From Eledone cirrhosa (taxonomy: Eukaryota), in NCBI GenBank assembly GCA_964016885.1, contig OZ024740.1, positions 279,806,001 through 279,870,000 on the forward strand: a stretch of DNA of 64,000 nt, written 5' to 3'. The notes beneath the pieces were generated by a model. That model was not told where the DNA came from. It saw nothing but the letters and a program-made list of their open reading frames with translations, and made no database searches. The translations under genes were made by a program, and so were the position numbers. Below, piece by piece: positions 23,801 through 37,700 of the stretch. Numbering within the stretch: the first letter of the stretch is position 1; every line of letters starts with the position of its first letter.

Positions 23801-25780
23801 CTGTAATTACTGGTCCATGTGCAGACACACATTTGCTGTGTGTGGTGTGATTTTCAAGAAAAGCTGCCCATGCTAAATGCGGAAGCTGAAGTCCACCAGC
23901 GAATGGTGTGCTTCGAAGAAACGAATCACAAAAATGCGAATTTGCCGGCGGAGTTACCTTTTCGATCGTGGGCCGGCCGCCTATGGTCGGATCGATCTGT
24001 AATTACTGGTCCATGTGCAGACACACATTTGCTGTGTGTGGTGTGATTTTCAAGAAAAGCTGCCCATGCTAAATGCGGAAGCTGAAGTCCACCAGCGAAT
24101 GGTGTGCTTCGAAGAAACGAATCACAAAAATGCGAATTTGCCGGCGGAGTTACCTTTTCGATCGTGGGCCGGCCGCCCGTGGTCGGATCGATCTGTAATT
24201 ACTGGTACATGTGCAGACACTCATTGACTGTGTGTGGTGTGATTTTCAAGAAAAGCTGCCCATGCTAAATGCGGAAGCTGAAGTCCACCAGCGAATGGTG
24301 TGCTTCGAAGAAACGAATCACAAAAATGCGAATTTGCCGGCGGAGTTACCTTTTCGATCGTGGGCCGGCCGCCTATGGTCGGATCGATCTGTAATTACTG
24401 GTCCATGTGCAGACACAAATTTGCTGTGTGTGGTGTGATTTTCAAGAAAAGCTGCCCATGCTAAATGCGGAAGCTGAAGTCCACCAGCGAATGGTGTGCT
24501 TCGAAGAAACGAATCACAAAAATGCGAATTTGCCGGCGGAGTTACCTTTTCGAAAGTGGGCCGGCCGCCTGTGGTCGGATCGATCTGTAATTACTGGTAT
24601 ATGTGCAGACACTCATTGGCTGTGTGTGGTGTGATTTTCAAGAAAAGCTGCCCATGCTAAATGAGGAAGCTGAAGTCCACCAGCGAATGGTGTGCTTCGA
24701 AGAAACGAATCACAAAAATGCGAATTTGCCGGCGGAGTTACCTTTTCGATCGTGGGCCGGCCGCCCGTGGTCGGATCGATCTGTAATTACTGGTATATGT
24801 GCAGACACTCATTGGCTGTGTGTGGTGTGATGTTCAAGAAAAGCTGCCCATGCTAAATGCGGAAGCTGAAGTCCACCAGCGAATGGTGTGCTTCGAAGAA
24901 ACGAATCACAAAAATGCGAATTTGCCGGCGGAGTTACCTTTTCGATCGTGGGCCGGCCGCCTGTGGTCGGATCGATCTGTAATAACTGGTATATGTGCAG
25001 ACACTCATTGACTGTGTGTGGTGTGATTTTCAAGAAAAGCTGCCCATGCTAAATGCGGAAGCTGAAGTCCACCAGCGAATGGTGTGCTTCGAAGAAACGA
25101 ATCACAAAAATGCGAATTTGCCGGCGGAGTTACCTTTTCAATCGTGGGCCGGCCGCCTGTGGTCGGATCGATCTATAATTACTGGTATATGTGCAAACAC
25201 TCATTGACTGTGTGTGGTGTGATTTTCAAGAAACGCTGCCCATGCTAAATGCGGAAGCTGAAGTCTACCAGCGAATGGTGTGCTTCGAAGAAACGAATCA
25301 CAAAAATGCGAATTTGCCGGCGGAGTTACGTTTTCGATCGTGGGCCGGCCGCCTATGGTCGGATCGATCTATAATTACTGGTATATGTGCAAACACTCAT
25401 TGACTGTGTGTGGTGTGATTTTCAAGAAACGCTGCCCATGCTAAATGCGGAAGCTGAAGTCCACCAGCGAATGGTGTGCTTCGAAGAAACGAATCACAAA
25501 AATGCGAATTTGCCGGCGGAGTTACGTTTTCGATCGTGGGCCGGCCGCCCGTGGTCGGATCGATCTGTAATTACTGGTATATGTGCAGACACTCATTGGC
25601 TGTGTGTGGTGTGATGTTCAAGAAAAGCTGCCCATGCTAAATGAGGAAGCTAAAGTCCGGCGGCGAATGGTGTGCTTCGAAGAAAACGAATCACAAAAAT
25701 GACTATTTACCGGCGGAGTTACCTTTTCGATCGTGGGCCGGCCGCCTGTGGTCGGATCGATCTGTAATTACTGGTCCCTG
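11866..25780 (+). repeat. HOR domain B: mostly 9-11-monomer units, containing a 21-monomer (4118-bp) duplication
   Basis: The anchor monomer (gatacacatttgctct...ttttcacgaaacgttg) starts at 12249, 14014, 15975, 18132, 20093 and 23231 (spacings 1765, 1961, 2157, 1961, 3138). Markers: gctaaagtccgg, cttttcaatcg, ctataattac, gttacgtttt, gtaataac, gacacaaattt. Boundaries are approximate. Confidence 0.85.
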
Positions 25781-28700
25781 TGCAGACACACATTTGCTCT
25801 GTGTGGTGTGATTTTCACGAAACGTTGCCCATGCTAAATGCGGAAGCTGAAGTCCACCAGCGAATGGTGTGCTTCGAAGAAACGAATCACAAAAATGCGA
25901 ATTTGCTGGCGGAGTTACCTTTTCGATCGTGGGCCGGCCGCCTATGGTCGGATCGATCTGTAATTACTGGTCCATGTGCAGACACACATTTGCTGTGTGT
26001 GGTGTGATTTTCAAGAAATGCTGCCCATGCTAAATGCGGAAGCTGAAGTCTACCAGCGAATGGTGTGCTTCGAAGAAAGGAATCACAAAAATGCGAATTT
26101 GCCGGCGGAGTTACCTTTTCGATCGTGGGCCGGCCGCCTCTGGTCGGATCGATCTGTAATTAATGGTATATGTGCAGACACTCATTGACTGTGTGTGGTG
26201 TGATTTTCAAGAAAAGCTGCCCATGCTAAATGCGGAAGCTGAAGTCCACCAGCGAATGGTGTGCTTCGAAGAAACGAATCACAAAAATGCGAATTTGCCG
26301 GCGGAGTTACCTTTTCGATCGTGGGCCGGCCGCCCGTGGTAGGATCGATCTGTAATTACTGGTATATGTGCAGACACTCATTGGCTGTGTGTGGTGTGAT
26401 TTTCAAGAAAAGCTGCCCATGCTAAATGAGGAAGCTGAAGTCCACCAGCGAATGGTGTGCTTCGAAGAAACGAATCACAAAAATGCGAATTTGCCGGCGG
26501 AGTTACCTTTTCGATCGTGGCCGGCCGCCCGTGGTCGGATCGATTTGTAATTACTGGTACATGTGCAGACACTCATTGCCTGTGTGTGGTGTGATTTTCA
26601 AGAAAAGTTGCCCATGCTAAATGCGGAAGCTGAAGTCCACCAGCGAATGGTGTGCTTCGAAGAAACGAATCACAAAAATGCGAATTTGCCGGCGGAGTTA
26701 CCTTTTCGATCGTGGGCCGGCCGCCTATAGTCGGATCGATCTGTAATTACTGGTCCATGTGCAGACACACATTTGCTGTGTGTGGTGTGATTTTCAAGAA
26801 AAGCTGCCCATGCTAAATGCGGAAGCTGAAGTCCACCAGCGAATGGTGTGCTTCGAAGAAACGAATCACAAAAATGCGAATTTGCCGGCGGAGTTACCTT
26901 TTCGATCGTGGGCCGGCCGCCTGTGGTCGGATCGATCTGTAATTACTGGTATATGTGTAGACACTCATTGACTGTGTGTGGTGTGATTTTCAAGAAACGC
27001 TGCCCATGCTAAATGCGGAAGCTGAAGTCTACCAGCGAATGGTGTGCTTCGAAGAAACGAATCACAAAAATGCGAATTTGCCGGCGGAGTTACCTTTTCG
27101 ATCGTGGGCCGGCCGCCCGTGGTCGGATCGATCTGTAATTACTGGTATATGTGCAGACACGCATTGACTGTGTGTGGTGTGATTTTCAAGAAAAGCTGCC
27201 CATGCTAAATGCGGAAGCTGAAGTCCACCAGCGAATGGTGTGCTTCGAAGAAACGAATCACAAAAATGCGAATTTGCCGGCGGAGTTACCTTTTCGATCG
27301 TGGGCCGGCCGCCTGTGGTCGGATCTATCTGTAATTACTGGTATATGTGCAGACACTCATTGACTGTGTGTGGTGTGATTTTCAAGAAACGCTGCCCATG
27401 CTAAATGCGGAAGCTGAAGTCTACCAGCGAATGGTGTGCTTCGAAGAAACGAATCACAAAAATGCGAATTTGCCGGCGGAGTTACCTTTTAGATCGTGGG
27501 CCGGCCGCCTCTGGTCGGATCGATCTGTAATTACTGGTACATGTGCAGACACTCATTGACTGTGTGTGGTGTGATTTTCAAGAAAAGCTGCCCATGCTAA
27601 ATGCGGAAGCTGAAGTCCACCAGCGAATGGTGTGCTTCGAAGAAACGAATCACAAAAATGCGAATTTGCCGGCGGAGTTACCTTTTCGATCGTGGACCGG
27701 CCGCCTGTGGTCGGATCGATCTGTAATTACTGGTATATGTGTAGACACTCATTGACTGTGTGTGGTGTGATTTTCAAGAAACGCTGCCCATGCTAAATGC
27801 GGAAGCTGAAGTCTACCAGCGAATGGTGTGCTTCGAAGAAACGAATCACAAAAATGCGAATTTGCCGGCGGAGTTACCTTTTCGATCGTGGGCCGGCCGC
27901 CCGTGGTCGGATCGATCTGTAATTACTGGTATATGTGCAGACACTCATTGGCTGTGTGTGGTCTGATTTTCAAGAAAAGCTGCCCATGCTAAATGAGGAA
28001 GCTGAAGTCCACCAGCGAATGGTGTGCTTCGAAGAAACGAATCACAAAAATGCGAATTTGCCGGCGGAGTTACCTTTTCGATCGTGGGCCGGCCGCCCGT
28101 GGTCGGATCGATCTGTAATTACTGGTATATGTGCAGACACTCATTGGCTGTGTGTGGTGTGATGTTCAAGAAAGGCTGCCCATACTAAATGCGGAAGCTG
28201 AAGTCCACCAGCGAATGGTGTGCTTCGAAGAAACGAATCACAAAAATGCGAATTTGCCGGCGGAGTTACCTTTTCGATCGTGGGCCGGCCGCCCGTGGTC
28301 GGATCGATCTGTAATTACTGGTATATGTGCAGACACTCATTGGCTGTGTGTGGTCTGATTTTCAAGAAAAGCTGCCCATGCTAAATGAGGAAGCTGAAGT
28401 CCACCAGCGAATGGTGTGCTTCGAAGAAACGAATCACAAAAATGCGAATTTGCCGGCGGAGTTACCTTTTCGATCGTGGCCGGCCGCCCGTGGTCGGATC
28501 GATTTGTAATTACTGGTACATGTGCAGAGACTCATTGCCGGTGTGTGGTGTGATTTTCAAGAAAAACTGCCCATGCTAAATGCGGAAGCTGAAGTCCGGC
28601 GGCGAATGGTGTGCTTCGAAGAAAACGAATCACAAAAATGACTATTTACCGGCGGAGTTACCTTTTCGATCGTGGGCCGGCCGCCTGTGGTCGGATCGAT

Positions 28701-31700
28701 CTGTAATTACTGGTCCATGTGCAGACACACATTTGCTCTGTGTGGTGTGATTTTCACGAAACGTTGCCCATGCTAAATGCGGAAGCTGAAGTCCACCAGC
28801 GAATGGTGTGCTTCGAAGAAACGAATCACAAAAATGCGAATTTGCTGGCGGAGTTACCTTTTCGATCGTGGGCCGGCCGCCTATGGTCGGATCGATCTGT
28901 AATTACTGGTCCATGTGCAGACCCACATTTGCTGTGTGTGGTGTGATTTTCAAGAAATGCTGCCCATGCTAAATGCGGAAGCTGAAGTCTACCAGCGAAT
29001 GGTGTGCTTCGAAGAAAGGAATCACAAAAATGCGAATTTGCCGGCGGAGTTACCTTTTCGATCGTGGGCCGGCCGCCTCTGGTCGGATCGATCTGTAATT
29101 AATGGTATATGTGCAGACACTCATTGCCTGTGTGTGGTGTGATTTTCAAGAAAAGCTGCCCATGCTAAATGCGGAAGCTGAAGTCCACCAGCGAATGGTG
29201 TGCTTCGAAGAAACGAATCACAAAAATGCGAATTTGCCGGCGGAGTTACCTTTTCGATCGTGGGCCGGCCGCCCGTGGTAGGATCGATCTGTAATTACTG
29301 GTATATGTGCAGACACTCATTGGCTGTGTGTGGTGTGATTTTCAAGAAAAGCTGCCCATGCTAAATGAGGAAGCTGAAGTCCACCAGCGAATGGTGTGCA
29401 TCGAAGAAACGAATCACAAAAATGCGAATTTGCCGGCGGAGTTACCTTTTCGATCGTGGCCGGCCGCCCGTGGTCGGATCGATTTGTAATTACTGGTACA
29501 TGTGCAGACACTCATTGCCTGTGTGTGGTGTGATTTTCAAGAAAAGTTGCCCATGCTAAATGCGGAAGCTGAAGTCCACCAGCGAATGGTGTGCTTCGAA
29601 GAAACGAATCACAAAAATGCGAATTTGCCGGCGGAGTTACCCTTTCGATCGTGGGCCGGCCGCCTATGGTCGGATCGATCTGTAATTACTGGTCCATGTG
29701 CAGACACACATTTGCTGTGTGTGGTGTGATTTTCAAGAAAAGCTGCCCATGCTAAATGCGGAAGCTGAAGTCCACCAGCGAATGGTGTGCTTCGAAGAAA
29801 CGAATCACAAAAATGCGAATTTGCCGGCGGAGTTACCTTTTCGATCGTGGGCCGGCCGCCTGTGGTCGGATCGATCTGTAATTACTGGTATATGTGTAGA
29901 CACTCATTGACTGTGTGTGGTGTGATTTTCAAGAAACGCTGCCCATGCTAAATGCGGAAGCTGAAGTCTACCAGCGAATGGTGTGCTTCGAAGAAACGAA
30001 TCACAAAAATGCGAATTTGCCGGCGGAGTTACCTTTTCGATCGTGGGCCGGCCGCCCGTGGTCGGATCGATCTGTAATTACTGGTATATGTGCAGACACG
30101 CATTGACTGTGTGTGGTGTGATTTTCAAGAAAAGCTGCCCATGCTAAATGCGGAAGCTGAAGTCCACCAGCGAATGGTGTGCTTCGAAGAAACGAATCAC
30201 AAAAATGCGAATTTGCCGGCGGAGTTACCTTTTCGATCGTGGGCCGGCCGCCTGTGGTCGGATCTATCTGTAATTACTGGTATATGTGCAGACACTCATT
30301 GACTGTGTGTGGTGTGATTTTCAAGAAACGCTGCCCATGCTAAATGCGGAAGCTGAAGTCTACCAGCGAATGGTGTGCTTCGAAGAAACGAATCACAAAA
30401 ATGCGAATTTGCCGGCGGAGTTACCTTTTAGATCGTGGGCCGGCCGCCTCTGGTCGGATCGATCTGTAATTACTGGTACATGTGCAGACACTCATTGACT
30501 GTGTGTGGTGTGATTTTCAAGAAAAGCTGCCCATGCTAAATGCGGAAGCTGAAGTCCACCAGCGAATGGTGTGCTTCGAAGAAACGAATCACAAAAATGC
30601 GAATTTGCCGGCGGAGTTACCTTTTCGATCGTGGACCGGCCGCCTGTGGTCGGATCGATCTGTAATTACTGGTATATGTGTAGACACTCATTGACTGTGT
30701 GTGGTGTGATTTTCAAGAAACGCTGCCCATGCTAAATGCGGAAGCTGAAGTCTACCAGCGAATGGTGTGCTTCGAAGAAACGAATCACAAAAATGCGAAT
30801 TTGCCGGCGGAGTTACCTTTTCGATCGTGGGCCGGCCGCCCGTGGTCGGATCGATCTGTAATTACTGGTATATGTGCAGACACGCATTGACTGTGTGTGG
30901 TGTGATTTTCAAGAAAAGCTGCCCATGCTAAATGCGGAAGCTGAAGTCCACCAGCGAATGGTGTGCTTCGAAGAAACGAATCACAAAAATGCGAATTTGC
31001 CGGCGGAGTTACCTTTTCGATCGTGGGCCGGCCGCCTGTGGTCGGATCTATCTGTAATTACTGGTATATGTGCAGACACTCATTGCCTGTGTGTGGTGTG
31101 ATTTTCAAGAAAAGCTGCCCATGCTAAATGCGGAAGCTGAAGTCCACCAGCGAATGGTGTGCTTCGAAGAAACGAATCACAAAAATGCGAATTTGCCGGC
31201 GGAGTTACCTTTTCGATCGTGGGCCGGCCGCCCGTGGTAGGATCGATCTGTAATTACTGGTATATGTGCAGACACTCATTGGCTGTGTGTGGTGTGATTT
31301 TCAAGAAAAGCTGCCCATGCTAAATGAGGAAGCTGAAGTCCACCAGCGAATGGTGTGCTTCGAAGAAACGAATCACAAAAATGCGAATTTGCCGGCGGAG
31401 TTACCTTTTAGATCGTGGGCCGGCCGCCTCTGGTCGGATCGATCTGTAATTACTGGTACATGTGCAGACACTCATTGACTGTGTGTGGTGTGATTTTCAA
31501 GAAAAGCTGCCCATGCTAAATGCGGAAGCTGAAGTCCACCAGCGAATGGTGTGCTTCGAAGAAACGAATCACAAAAATGCGAATTTGCCGGCGGAGTTAC
31601 CTTTTCGATCGTGGACCGGCCGCCTGTGGTCGGATCGATCTGTAATTACTGGTATATGTGTAGACACTCATTGACTGTGTGTGGTGTGATTTTCAAGAAA

Positions 31701-34700
31701 CGCTGCCCATGCTAAATGCGGAAGCTGAAGTCTACCAGCGAATGGTGTGCTTCGAAGAAACGAATCACAAAAATGCGAATTTGCCGGCGGAGTTACCTTT
31801 TCGATCGTGGGCCGGCCGCCCGTGGTCGGATCGATCTGTAATTACTGGTATATGTGCAGACACTCATTGGCTGTGTGTGGTCTGATTTTCAAGAAAAGCT
31901 GCCCATGCTAAATGAGGAAGCTGAAGTCCACCAGCGAATGGTGTGCTTCGAAGAAACGAATCACAAAAATGCGAATTTGCCGGCGGAGTTACCTTTTCGA
32001 TCGTGGGCCGGCCGCCCGTGGTCGGATCGATCTGTAATTACTGGTATATGTGCAGACACTCATTGGCTGTGTGTGGTGTGATGTTCAAGAAAGGCTGCCC
32101 ATACTAAATGCGGAAGCTGAAGTCCACCAGCGAATGGTGTGCTTCGAAGAAACGAATCACAAAAATGCGAATTTGCCGGCGGAGTTACCTTTTCGATCGT
32201 GGGCCGGCCGCCCGTGGTCGGATCGATCTGTAATTACTGGTATATGTGCAGACACTCATTGGCTGTGTGTGGTCTGATTTTCAAGAAAAGCTGCCCATGC
32301 TAAATGAGGAAGCTGAAGTCCACCAGCGAATGGTGTGCTTCGAAGAAACGAATCACAAAAATGCGAATTTGCCGGCGGAGTTACCTTTTCGATCGTGGCC
32401 GGCCGCCCGTGGTCGGATCGATTTGTAATTACTGGTCCATGTGCAGAGACTCATTGCCGGTGTGTGGTGTGATTTTCAAGAAAAACTGCCCATGCTAAAT
32501 GCGGAAGCTGAAGTCCGGCGGCGAATGGTGTGCTTCGAAGAAAACGAATCACAAAAATGACTATTTACCGGCGGAGTTACCTTTTCGATCGTGGGCCGGC
32601 CGCCTGTGGTCGGATCGATCTGTAATTACTGGTCCATGTGCAGACACACATTTGCTCTGTGTGGTGTGATTTTCACGAAACGTTGCCCATGCTAAATGCG
32701 GAAGCTGAAGTCCACCAGCGAATGGTGTGCTTCGAAGAAACGAATCACAAAAATGCGAATTTGCTGGCGGAGTTACCTTTTCGATCGTGGGCCGGCCGCC
32801 TATGGTCGGATCGATCTGTAATTACTGGTCCATGTGCAGACCCACATTTGCTGTGTGTGGTGTGATTTTCAAGAAATGCTGCCCATGCTAAATGCGGAAG
32901 CTGAAGTCTACCAGCGAATGGTGTGCTTCGAAGAAAGGAATCACAAAAATGCGAATTTGCCGGCGGAGTTACCTTTTCGATCGTGGGCCGGCCGCCTCTG
33001 GTCGCATCGATCTGTAATTAATGGTATATGTGCAGACACTCATTGCCTGTGTGTGGTGTGATTTTCAAGAAAAGCTGCCCATGCTAAATGCGGAAGCTGA
33101 AGTCCACCAGCGAATGGTGTGCTTCGAAGAAACGAATCACAAAAATGCGAATTTGCCGGCGGAGTTACCTTTTCGATCGTGGGCCGGCCGCCCGTGGTAG
33201 GATCGATCTGTAATTACTGGTATATGTGCAGACACTCATTGGCTGTGTGTGGTGTGATTTTCAAGAAAAGCTGCCCATGCTAAATGAGGAAGCTGAAGTC
33301 CACCAGCGAATGGTGTGCATCGAAGAAACGAATCACAAAAATGCGAATTTGCCGGCGGAGTTACCTTTTCGATCGTGGCCGGCCGCCCGTGGTCGGATCG
33401 ATTTGTAATTACTGGTACATGTGCAGACACTCATTGCCTGTGTGTGGTGTGATTTTCAAGAAAAGTTGCCCATGCTAAATGCGGAAGCTGAAGTCCGGCG
33501 GCGAATGGTGTGCTTCGAAGAAAACGAATCACAAAAATGACTATTTACCGGCGGAGTTACCTTTTCGATCGTGGGCCGGCCGCCTGTGGTCGGATCGATC
33601 TGTAATTACTGGTCCATGTGCAGACACACATTTGCTCTGTGTGGTGTGATTTTCACGAAACGTTGCCCATGCTAAATGCGGAAGCTGAAGTCCACCAGCG
33701 AATGGTGTGCTTCGAAGAAACGAATCACAAAAATGCGAATTTGCTGGCGGAGTTACCTTTTCGATCGTGGGCCGGCCGCCTATGGTCGGATCGATCTGTA
33801 ATTACTGGTCCATGTGCAGACCCACATTTGCTGTGTGTGGTGTGATTTTCAAGAAATGCTGCCCATGCTAAATGCGGAAGCTGAAGTCTACCAGCGAATG
33901 GTGTGCTTCGAAGAAAGGAATCACAAAAATGCGAATTTGCCGGCGGAGTTACCTTTTCGATCGTGGGCCGGCCGCCTCTGGTCGGATCGATCTGTAATTA
34001 ATGGTATATGTGCAGACACTCATTGCCTGTGTGTGGTGTGATTTTCAAGAAAAGCTGCCCATGCTAAATGCGGAAGCTGAAGTCCACCAGCGAATGGTGT
34101 GCTTCGAAGAAACGAATCACAAAAATGCGAATTTGCCGGCGGAGTTACCTTTTCGATCGTGGGCCGGCCGCCCGTGGTAGGATCGATCTGTAATTACTGG
34201 TATATGTGCAGACACTCATTGGCTGTGTGTGGTGTGATTTTCAAGAAAAGCTGCCCATGCTAAATGAGGAAGCTGAAGTCCACCAGCGAATGGTGTGCAT
34301 CGAAGAAACGAATCACAAAAATGCGAATTTGCCGGCGGAGTTACCTTTTCGATCGTGGCCGGCCGCCCGTGGTCGGATCGATTTGTAATTACTGGTACAT
34401 GTGCAGACACTCATTGCCTGTGTGTGGTGTGATTTTCAAGAAAAGTTGCCCATGCTAAATGCGGAAGCTGAAGTCCACCAGCGAATGGTGTGCTTCGAAG
34501 AAACGAATCACAAAAATGCGAATTTGCCGGCGGAGTTACCTTTTCGATCGTGGGCCGGCCGCCTATGGTCGGATCGATCTGTAATTACTGGTCCATGTGC
34601 AGACACACATTTGCTGTGTGTGGTGTGATTTTCAAGAAAAGCTGCCCATGCTAAATGCGGAAGCTGAAGTCCACCAGCGAATGGTGTGCTTCGAAGAAAC

Positions 34701-37700
34701 GAATCACAAAAATGCGAATTTGCCGGCGGAGTTACCTTTTCGATCGTGGGCCGGCCGCCTGTGGTCGGATCGATCTGTAATTACTGGTATATGTGTAGAC
34801 ACTCATTGACTGTGTGTGGTGTGATTTTCAAGAAACGCTGCCCATGCTAAATGCGGAAGCTGAAGTCTACCAGCGAATGGTGTGCTTCGAAGAAACGAAT
34901 CACAAAAATGCGAATTTGCCGGCGGAGTTACCTTTTCGATCGTGGGCCGGCCGCCCGTGGTCGGATCGATCTGTAATTACTGGTATATGTGCAGACACGC
35001 ATTGACTGTGTGTGGTGTGATTTTCAAGAAAAGCTGCCCATGCTAAATGCGGAAGCTGAAGTCCACCAGCGAATGGTGTGCTTCGAAGAAACGAATCACA
35101 AAAATGCGAATTTGCCGGCGGAGTTACCTTTTCGATCGTGGGCCGGCCGCCTGTGGTCGGATCTATCTGTAATTACTGGTATATGTGCAGACACTCATTG
35201 ACTGTGTGTGGTGTGATTTTCAAGAAACGCTGCCCATGCTAAATGCGGAAGCTGAAGTCTACCAGCGAATGGTGTGCTTCGAAGAAACGAATCACAAAAA
35301 TGCGAATTTGCCGGCGGAGTTACCTTTTAGATCGTGGGCCGGCCGCCTCTGGTCGGATCGATCTGTAATTACTGGTACATGTGCAGACACTCATTGACTG
35401 TGTGTGGTGTGATTTTCAAGAAAAGCTGCCCATGCTAAATGCGGAAGCTGAAGTCCACCAGCGAATGGTGTGCTTCGAAGAAACGAATCACAAAAATGCG
35501 AATTTGCCGGCGGAGTTACCTTTTCGATCGTGGACCGGCCGCCTGTGGTCGGATCGATCTGTAATTACTGGTATATGTGTAGACACTCATTGACTGTGTG
35601 TGGTGTGATTTTCAAGAAACGCTGCCCATGCTAAATGCGGAAGCTGAAGTCTACCAGCGAATGGTGTGCTTCGAAGAAACGAATCACAAAAATGCGAATT
35701 TGCCGGCGGAGTTACCTTTTCGATCGTGGGCCGGCCGCCCGTGGTCGGATCGATCTGTAATTACTGGTATATGTGCAGACACGCATTGACTGTGTGTGGT
35801 GTGATTTTCAAGAAAAGCTGCCCATGCTAAATGCGGAAGCTGAAGTCCACCAGCGAATGGTGTGCTTCGAAGAAACGAATCACAAAAATGCGAATTTGCC
35901 GGCGGAGTTACCTTTTCGATCGTGGGCCGGCCGCCTGTGGTCGGATCTATCTGTAATTACTGGTATATGTGCAGACACTCATTGGCTGTGTGTGGTGTGA
36001 TTTTCAAGAAAAGCTGCCCATGCTAAATGAGGAAGCTGAAGTCCACCAGCGAATGGTGTGCTTCGAAGAAACGAATCACAAAAATGCGAATTTGCCGGCG
36101 GAGTTACCTTTTCGATCGTGGGCCGGCCGCCCGTGGTCGGATCGATCTGTAATTACTGGTATATGTGCAGACACTCATTGACTGTGTGTGGTGTGATTTT
36201 CAAGAAACGCTGCCCATGCTAAATGCGGAAGCTGAAGTCTACCAGCGAATGGTGTGCTTCGAAGAAACGAATCACAAAAATGCGAATTTGCCGGCGGAGT
36301 TACCTTTTAGATCGTGGGCCGGCCGCCTCTGGTCGGATCGATCTGTAATTACTGGTACATGTGCAGACACTCATTGACTGTGTGTGGTGTGATTTTCAAG
36401 AAAAGCTGCCCATGCTAAATGCGGAAGCTGAAGTCCACCAGCGAATGGTGTGCTTCGAAGAAACGAATCACAAAAATGCGAATTTGCCGGCGGAGTTACC
36501 TTTTCGATCGTGGGCCGGCCGCTTATGGTCGGATCGATCTGTAATTACTGGTCCATGTGCAGACACACATTTGCTGTGTGTGGTGTGATTTTCAAGAAAA
36601 GCTGCCCATGCTAAATGCGGAAGCTGAAGTCCACCAGCGAATGGTGTGCTTAGAAGAAACGAATCACAAAAATGCGAATTTGCCGGCGGAGTTACCTTTT
36701 CGAAAGTGGGCCGGCCGCCTGTGGTCTGATCGATCTGTAATTACTGGTATATGTGCAGACACTCATTGGCTGTGTGTGGTGTGATTTTCAAGAAAAGCTG
36801 CCCATGCTAAATGAGGAAGCTGAAGTCCACCAGCGAATGGTGTGCTTCGAAGAAACGAATCACAAAAATGCGAATTTGCCGGCGGAGTTACCTTTTCGAT
36901 CGTGGGCCGGCCGCCCGTGGTCGGATCGATCTGTAATTACTGGTATATGTGCAGACACTCATTGGCTGTGTGTGGTGTGATGTTCAAGAAACGCTGCCCA
37001 TACTAAATGCGGAAGCTGAAGTCCACCAGCGAATGGTGTGCTTCGAAGAAACGAATCACAAAAATGCGAATTTGCCGGCGGAGTTACCTTTTCGATCGTG
37101 GGCCGGCCGCCCGTGGTCGGATCGATCTGTAATTACTGGTATATGTGCAGACACTCATTGGCTGTGTGTGGTGTGATTTTCAAGAAAAGCTGCCCATGCT
37201 AAATGAGGAAGCTGAAGTCCACCAGCGAATGGTGTGCTTCGAAGAAACAAATCACAAAAATGCGAATTTACCGGCGGAGTTACCTTTTCGATCCTGGCCG
37301 GCCGCCCGTGGTCGGATCGATTTGTAATTACTGGTACCTGTGCAGACACTCATTGCCTGTGTGTGGTGTGATTTTCAAGAAAGGTTGCCCATGCTAAATG
37401 CGGAAGCTGAGTCCACCAGCGAATGGTGTGCTTCGAAGAAACGAATCACAAAAATGCGAATTTGCCGGCGGAGTTACCTTTTCGATCGTGGGCCGGCCGC
37501 CTATGGTCGGATCGATCTGTAATTAGTGGTCCCTGTGCAGACACACATTTGCTGTGTGTGGTGTGATTTTCAAAAAAAGCTGCCCATGCTAAATGCGGAA
37601 GCTGAAGTCCACCAGCGAATGGTGTGCTTCGAAGAAACGAATCACAAAAATGCGAATTTGCCGGCGGAGTTACCTTTTCGATCGTGGGCCGGCCGCTTAT